Assembly: GCF_001194135.2 (NCBI RefSeq)
Contig: NC_068998.1
Coordinates: 15,469,577-15,533,576 of the forward strand
Source of the DNA: Octopus bimaculoides
Lineage: Eukaryota
Direction of reading: 5' to 3'
Length of the DNA: 64,000 bases
This document shows, in pieces, positions 1-64,000 of the stretch. Position 1 is the first letter of the stretch. The number at the start of each line of letters is the position of its first letter. The translations under genes were made by a program, and so were the position numbers. The notes under the pieces are model-generated. The model was not told where the DNA came from, made no database searches, and saw nothing but the letters and a program-made list of their open reading frames with translations.

Positions 1-739
1 CTTTTCTGTTATACATAGAGAATATACTATGATGCAGTCATGTGGAAATTGGTTATAGAACTTGGAGAAGATATATTAATCTAGTCTGGTTCACTTACTG
101 AATACACAAGATAAATAAATATGCATTAAAAATTTGGGGGGGGGGGGGTAGAATGTTTATTAAAAATAAGCAAATAAATTATTAGAAAATTAAGAGGAAA
201 TAAAAATTAAAAAAAGAATTGGGCAGAGACATTCTACATTGCATTTGCTGGAGTCTAATTAGATGACAGATAACCATGTATTTACTGAGTATCACAATGC
301 AAAGAAGGAGAAAAGATAATGTCAGAGATCAATTGAAAGAGGAAAACAAGTGGTTGAATGCAGAGAAGAAGAAAGTGTTTCAATGAAGACCAGGTATATC
401 TCAAACAAAACTCAATAGAGGGAACACACCTGAAAGACTCTCACAGCTTGACAACCAGACAGTATGATTTTAATTTTTTTTTTTTTTGGACACAAGCAAC
501 CACAAGAGAAGAGCATTAAATCTTACAAATGCAATGTATTAAATTATTCTTAAAGAAACTAATGCTTCCACTGTTTGAACTACCATGTCAACTGATTTTT
601 AATATTTAGACTGATCCTTTCTCCCATTATCTCTTTAGCAATGAATACTATTAACTTGGACTGAACACCAGAAACAAATCACATTAGCCTAAGAAGAGAT
701 CTCTTTGGAAAAAAAAAAAGAAAAGAAAAAGACTAGGTC

Positions 740-1151
740 NNNNNNNNNNNNNNNNNNNNNNNNNNNNNNNNNNNNNNNNNNNNNNNNNNNNNNNNNNNNN
801 NNNNNNNNNNNNNNNNNNNNNNNNNNNNNNNNNNNNNNNNNNNNNNNNNNNNNNNNNNNNNNNNNNNNNNNNNNNNNNNNNNNNNNNNNNNNNNNNNNNN
901 NNNNNNNNNNNNNNNNNNNNNNNNNNNNNNNNNNNNNNNNNNNNNNNNNNNNNNNNNNNNNNNNNNNNNNNNNNNNNNNNNNNNNNNNNNNNNNNNNNNN
1001 NNNNNNNNNNNNNNNNNNNNNNNNNNNNNNNNNNNNNNNNNNNNNNNNNNNNNNNNNNNNNNNNNNNNNNNNNNNNNNNNNNNNNNNNNNNNNNNNNNNN
1101 NNNNNNNNNNNNNNNNNNNNNNNNNNNNNNNNNNNNNNNNNNNNNNNNNNN
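740..1151. other. Assembly gap (N run); others at 12171-12211, 21991-22141, 50272-50281, 58513-58537
   Basis: Runs of N. Confidence 0.99.
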
Positions 1152-1892
1152 CTGCAGAAATTTATAAAATCCTATTTAATTATTTGTCTTTCTAGATCCC
1201 AATATCTAACAAAATAATTATTTTTACATTATCTTTCAAAACATAATAATTGATAAAAAGTAATAATAAGAATAATTATTGTAATGATAATAAAATTTTT
1301 TTTTTTTAAATTGAGGGCATATCAGATTTCTAATTTAGGTTTAGGTGAAGTTACTTACAGTCTTAGAGAATGTAAACAAAGCAGGAATACAAATAGTTAT
1401 TTCGGAGAAGGGAGAGAAGGAAAAGTTATGTTGAAAGGCAGAGAAGAATTTTTTTCTTTTTTTTTCCTTTTTGTTTACTACTGCCAACAACCATCATACC
1501 TGCTGTTTCTAAGACAACAACTTTATACATTTGCTGGTAAGTGCAGATAATTAAGAAATGGTATCTCTTGTGAAGAGAAACAAAAAAAAAAACAAAACAA
1601 AAAAAAAAAACTGTGCACTCTTGCATTTTTACATCTTTGCTTTTTGTTTGTTTTTTTTCTTCTTTTTTCTAAATGTATTGCTTCTGAAAGCAATCAACTC
1701 TTCCCAGTGAGTTTTGATCTAAGAGTTTATTATTTTTTTAATATTTTATCACTCTTGCTACTAATGTTGCTGCTAATAATAATGATGATGAAGGTGGTGG
1801 TGGAGGTGGTGGTGGTGGTATGATGAAAATGATGATGATGATACTGATTTGATAATGATGATGCCAGCTATTATCTCGATGTTGCACTATCA

Positions 1893-59745
<57,853 letters not shown>

Positions 59746-59759
59746 TTATAAAATTTCAA

Positions 59760-60620
59760 CTGAGAAGAAATCAAGTGATATATATATATATATGTTGTGT
59801 CAGGTCACCGAACACCAAGTGAAAACGACAACAAGGGGGAGATTTTTCAATGCGCCGCCGTCGTCGTTGCTGACGAATGTTTAATGGTAGTTGTAAGTTC
59901 AATACACTAACTGCTACTGCTATTCCGGTGAAGAATATATATATTTATGTGTGTGTGTTTATAATTACATATACATGTATATACTTATATATATATATGT
60001 ATATATGTGCGTGTGTATGTGTGTGTGTGTATATATGTATTTTTATGGCGTCCGACGATCGACAACCAGCAACAAAACACAAAATTCCCGGCGATTTGTA
60101 GTTTGCCTTAAAACATTTAGCAATCAAGCAAGTCACCGGGAGTCATTTATCTTTTCCTAGACATAGTAATTGACAATACGACGCGTGTTTCTTTTTCCGG
60201 CGAGCAGGATCTTATTGCGTCGAATCAGACCACATTGTTTGCGGCCATTTTTTTTTCTCCTTTGATGAGAGTTAAATCTCGTTAAATAACGGGCGGGTTT
60301 GTTTCCACACTACGATATTTTAACAGAACAGCGGAACAAAAGAGTAGAGGTATATATAATTCTGTTAACTATTAGAATAATGGAATAGCGACCTACATGA
60401 ACTGATTCGTCATAAAAATACGAGTAGGGAGGAAGAGAATATGAGTAAGAGAGACGAGAGAGGGGTAGTGGAAACTCAGTTTCTCCCTCCTTCCGCTCCT
60501 CTTTCAAGTTTGGCAATTATCTGTTCTAGAATAATCGAATCAACATATAGCGGGATATTGAGATAAATACCTAACGTCGTAGAGTGGAGGGAAAAAAGGC
60601 AAGGTGGAGCAGATTCACTT
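59760..60620 (-). promoter_or_regulatory. Probable promoter / non-coding first exon region of the HDGFL2-like gene
   Basis: Locally CpG-rich directly upstream of coding exon 1; YY1-like AAAATGGCCGC on the gene-sense strand at about 60241-60251. TSS not determined. Confidence 0.55.
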
Positions 60621-63360
60621 TCGTCGATTGGCAGATTTGTGCATTCTTAATTTTTTTTTCTTGTTAAATCAGAAAATTAATTCATATTTCATCGAAACAT
60701 GTAATGGTTTTGATATCTTCAAATAATTAGTCATACAGACCTTATGAGGTTTATGTTATATGTACGTGAATGCTTCTTTGAGAAATATAAATTGATAGCA
60801 CGTGTATGGAGGATGTATTGATATATACATACAGCTGAATCCAGGGAAAAAAGTCACAGGAAAACTTCAATAAATTGCTCATTTTTGCTTGTTTTCTTTA
60901 TTTGTTTCATTGTTTTGTTTAAGATACTGAATAAAATTTTTCTTTCACGTTACGTGTAATGCCATTAGGTAAATTGTGTACAAGTATTTTCAGTTCATAA
61001 GCCACTTAAATTATTTGTTTGTGCTATTATTGATGGTATTTAAATGAAATCTAACATTTTTCCCTGTCCGAAATTGACTCTATTTTGTGTGACTTACAGA
61101 TGGATAAACAATTTACAGAAGGGAATTTGGTTGATGAATTCAAATGGAAGATTGCTGTCTTATTCTAAATATTTTCCTATGATTTCTTATTGCCTCATTT
61201 TATAAAAATAATAATAATAATATAAATTAATGCAGCATAAGAAATTGTTCAACTACAAAGTGGTATCTGGATGGTTCTTAAACTGTTCGAGCCGGATCCT
61301 CCAGTAAGTTTCGGTTCCCGGTTGAAGCCATTTCGTTTATTTCATGCTGCTGACAACTTGTACAAAGGGCATGAACATCACAACGCGGAGTTCCTCTCCC
61401 CAATATGTCTAAAACCCTTTTGCTTATATTTTGCAGCAGTTGTAGATTCAATCATAGTTCTGTGACATTCACTTGACACAGCTAGTTTTGTAAGATATAG
61501 TTGATACAATCGACCCACGATCGTTATTGACAGCTAGCGACTTCACTTGATACTTTATTCTAGTATTTATTTAAGGGATAAATTGCAAACAGACAGGCAA
61601 CATTTGAGCTCTGAAAAGCGAAAAACTGAACTTCAGAAACTCTTAAGTCGTTTATTAGACAGGCTATTTAGAGACTGCCATTACGGCGTACAAGTGGAAA
61701 GATTGGAGAACAGAAAATGGATCTATATTTGCTTTAAATGAAAGCAATCGATTGAAAGCAAGACCTTATAGAGGAAAATATCTATATCATTTAGTTCGAA
61801 AATAATATTAGTTTGCTAACTAAGAACACAGGTAAATCAATTCTACTAAACTTATTTTATCGACGCCGGGAAATAAAAAGCATAGTTGCCCCTTGGGGGG
61901 CTTTGTACCAGTAGAGACGAAAAACCTAAATGCTAGAATAATATTCAATGTACAACATTTTGTCAACTCACCACCTCCCTTCAATTAATGAGCATTCTTA
62001 TTAAAGAACAATTTTATTTTATTTATTTATTAGGAAATGGGTATCACCGACCGAATGGAAGTGGTATGTATACAACCGGTACTTTAATTGTATTGACTCC
62101 TGTAGGATGAAAGACAAAGTCGACCTCGATGGGAATTTGAAGTCGGTATCACAATGTATGAAACTAAATGCATTAATAATCCAACCCTCTATTGTTCGGT
62201 CATATCCTAGTTTTCTTTTTAAGTGAAAGAAAACGAGAAATTGAAACATTCATGTCTTTGCCAAGAGAATGGGTAGTGAAAGTGAAATGAAAATCCTTTT
62301 TCTGAAATTGAAAACAGACGGTATGTCTCTTTCAGATAGTTTACCGATTGTTCTATGGCACCCGCCTTGACACTCAGCACATCGAGCCAACAAGGGGGGC
62401 CCTCTTATATGCAATGATACAACCCGCTAGAAATAGCAGCCAAGTCGGATCTTTCTCAAATAAATTCTATCAAAAAAAAAAAAAAAAAAAACATTGGACA
62501 GTTTATTCCGAGATATGTAAAAAAAAATTAAAAAAGACGGTATGGTCATGGCTGGAACGCCTTTGAGGGTAATTCTGCATAACTAGGGGTTGACTTGGTG
62601 GTGTGTATGCGTGATGGGTGCTAAACAACAAACGCTTAGGAAATGGTTATTTATGTACAGTATACTACTTTCAACAACAACAAAAAATTATCTTCCACCT
62701 AATCAAAAGAAATCAATGTTTTCGTTCTTTTATTATTATTACTTTATTCGCCTAAATATTTGCAATCTCCCCACCACCACCAGTAGACATATGCATGATA
62801 AGGCATCGAGCACATGTACTCAAGGCGTCAGTGAAAGAGACAGAGAGTGTGAGAATGAGAGAGGGAGGGAGGGAGGGAGTCGTATTTATTTTTCTGTTGA
62901 CGCTTCTTTTGTTATTCCGGCTTTCTTTCTATCCTTCCTTCCTTCGGTCTAAAATGCCGCTCGATCGCCGAGTTATTATAACAACAGCACAGCGTCAGCA
63001 GCAAATGTGGGGTTGGTGTGTGACGGTGGTCGGTGATTAAAATATGGAACCATTTACCCATTACTTTACACCGACACCGTTGTGATTATCGGTAAAACGA
63101 CAGCTAAAAGATCTGTTCGCTGTCAACAGACGATTGGGTCTCATGACTATTATATAGCTCCACTGTAGGTGTTCGCTTTCAGTTTATTTCTCATTGCTTC
63201 GTTCTTTCTCTCCTCCCCCCCTCTTTCTTTCTGCATCCTTCTATCTCTCTATCTCTGCTTGTTTCTCATTCATATCGCATGTATTTGTATGTATGCATGT
63301 GTTACACTATGTACATGAATATGAATATATATTTACTCATAGACATAACAATATGTTTAT

Positions 63361-63435
63361 ATGCACGCACACACACACACACACACACACACATACAAAT
63401 ACATATATATAGATATATAAATATATATCTATCTA

Positions 63436-63483
<48 letters not shown>

Positions 63484-63507
63484 TATATAGATATATAGAT
63501 ATATAAA

Positions 63508-63546
<39 letters not shown>

Positions 63547-63560
63547 GCATATGTATATAT
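63361..63560. repeat. Compound (CA)n/(TA)n/(TC)n microsatellite
   Basis: Direct reading. Confidence 0.93.
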
Positions 63561-63846
63561 ATGAGAGACCAAAAGTGTACGTACAGAATTTGAACACACC
63601 GGGCAGTTGTCCGGAGTCCTCATGGGTCTACGGACCCAATATTGATCTATGTATGCAATCAATAAATACTGTATCGCCCAGTGCATTTATTTTCCCGGGA
63701 GTCTACAATGCTGCTAAGACGGCCCTGCAATATTACACACACACACACACAATTTGCTTTTCTATGCGTTTATGTACTCAGGCATCTGTTTCAATATCCA
63801 TTATATATGTATTGGTGTCATATTGCAATATATATATGCATGTATG

Positions 63847-63889
<43 letters not shown>

Positions 63890-64000
63890 CAAATAATAAA
63901 TGAGTATATATATATATATATATTGAATACACGCAAACACGTACTGAGTGCATGTGTGTACTCGTCCATGTATACTTTTAAACATCCTTTCTAGATAGAT

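Noticed and set aside
705-1217. 170-aa ORF and other ORFs spanning N runs (11968-12498, 21864-22236)
   Set aside because: They are open only because N codons contain no stops.
63545-63994. 149-aa plus-strand ORF at the window end
   Set aside because: Mostly (TA)n/(CA)n/(TG)n-derived residues, with no recognisable domain or splice support.

Overview
AT-rich, microsatellite-rich eukaryotic DNA with five assembly gaps. The repeat content (tRNA-derived SINEs with (ATG)n, (AAT)n or (CAA)n tails, RTE LINE remnants, TTAA MITEs) suggests a cephalopod such as Octopus; this is an inference. One protein-coding gene fills the window on the minus strand: an HDGFL2 (HRP2)/PSIP1 (LEDGF)-family chromatin reader. 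I assembled it by hand into 20 coding exons (ATG at 59730, TAA at 1893; all introns GT-AG and phase-compatible; 3990 nt, 1329 aa). The protein has an N-terminal PWWP domain, a long acidic/basic linker with an HDGFL2-like WKKRDEER coiled coil, an integrase-binding (IBD/TND) domain, and an unusual ~575-aa Q/P/S/H-rich C-terminal extension ending in an acidic helix. The introns, especially the 26.9-kb intron 1, hold a full-length decayed mariner, several LINE remnants (RTE, Tx1-like, CR1/Jockey-like), at least four SINE families, two piggyBac-type MITE families, a decayed Cys-rich ORF of unknown family, and a GC-rich hairpin carrying hammerhead-ribozyme core motifs. I found no prokaryotic-type system, CRISPR array, rRNA or true tRNA gene. 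All repeat counts and alignments were made by eye.
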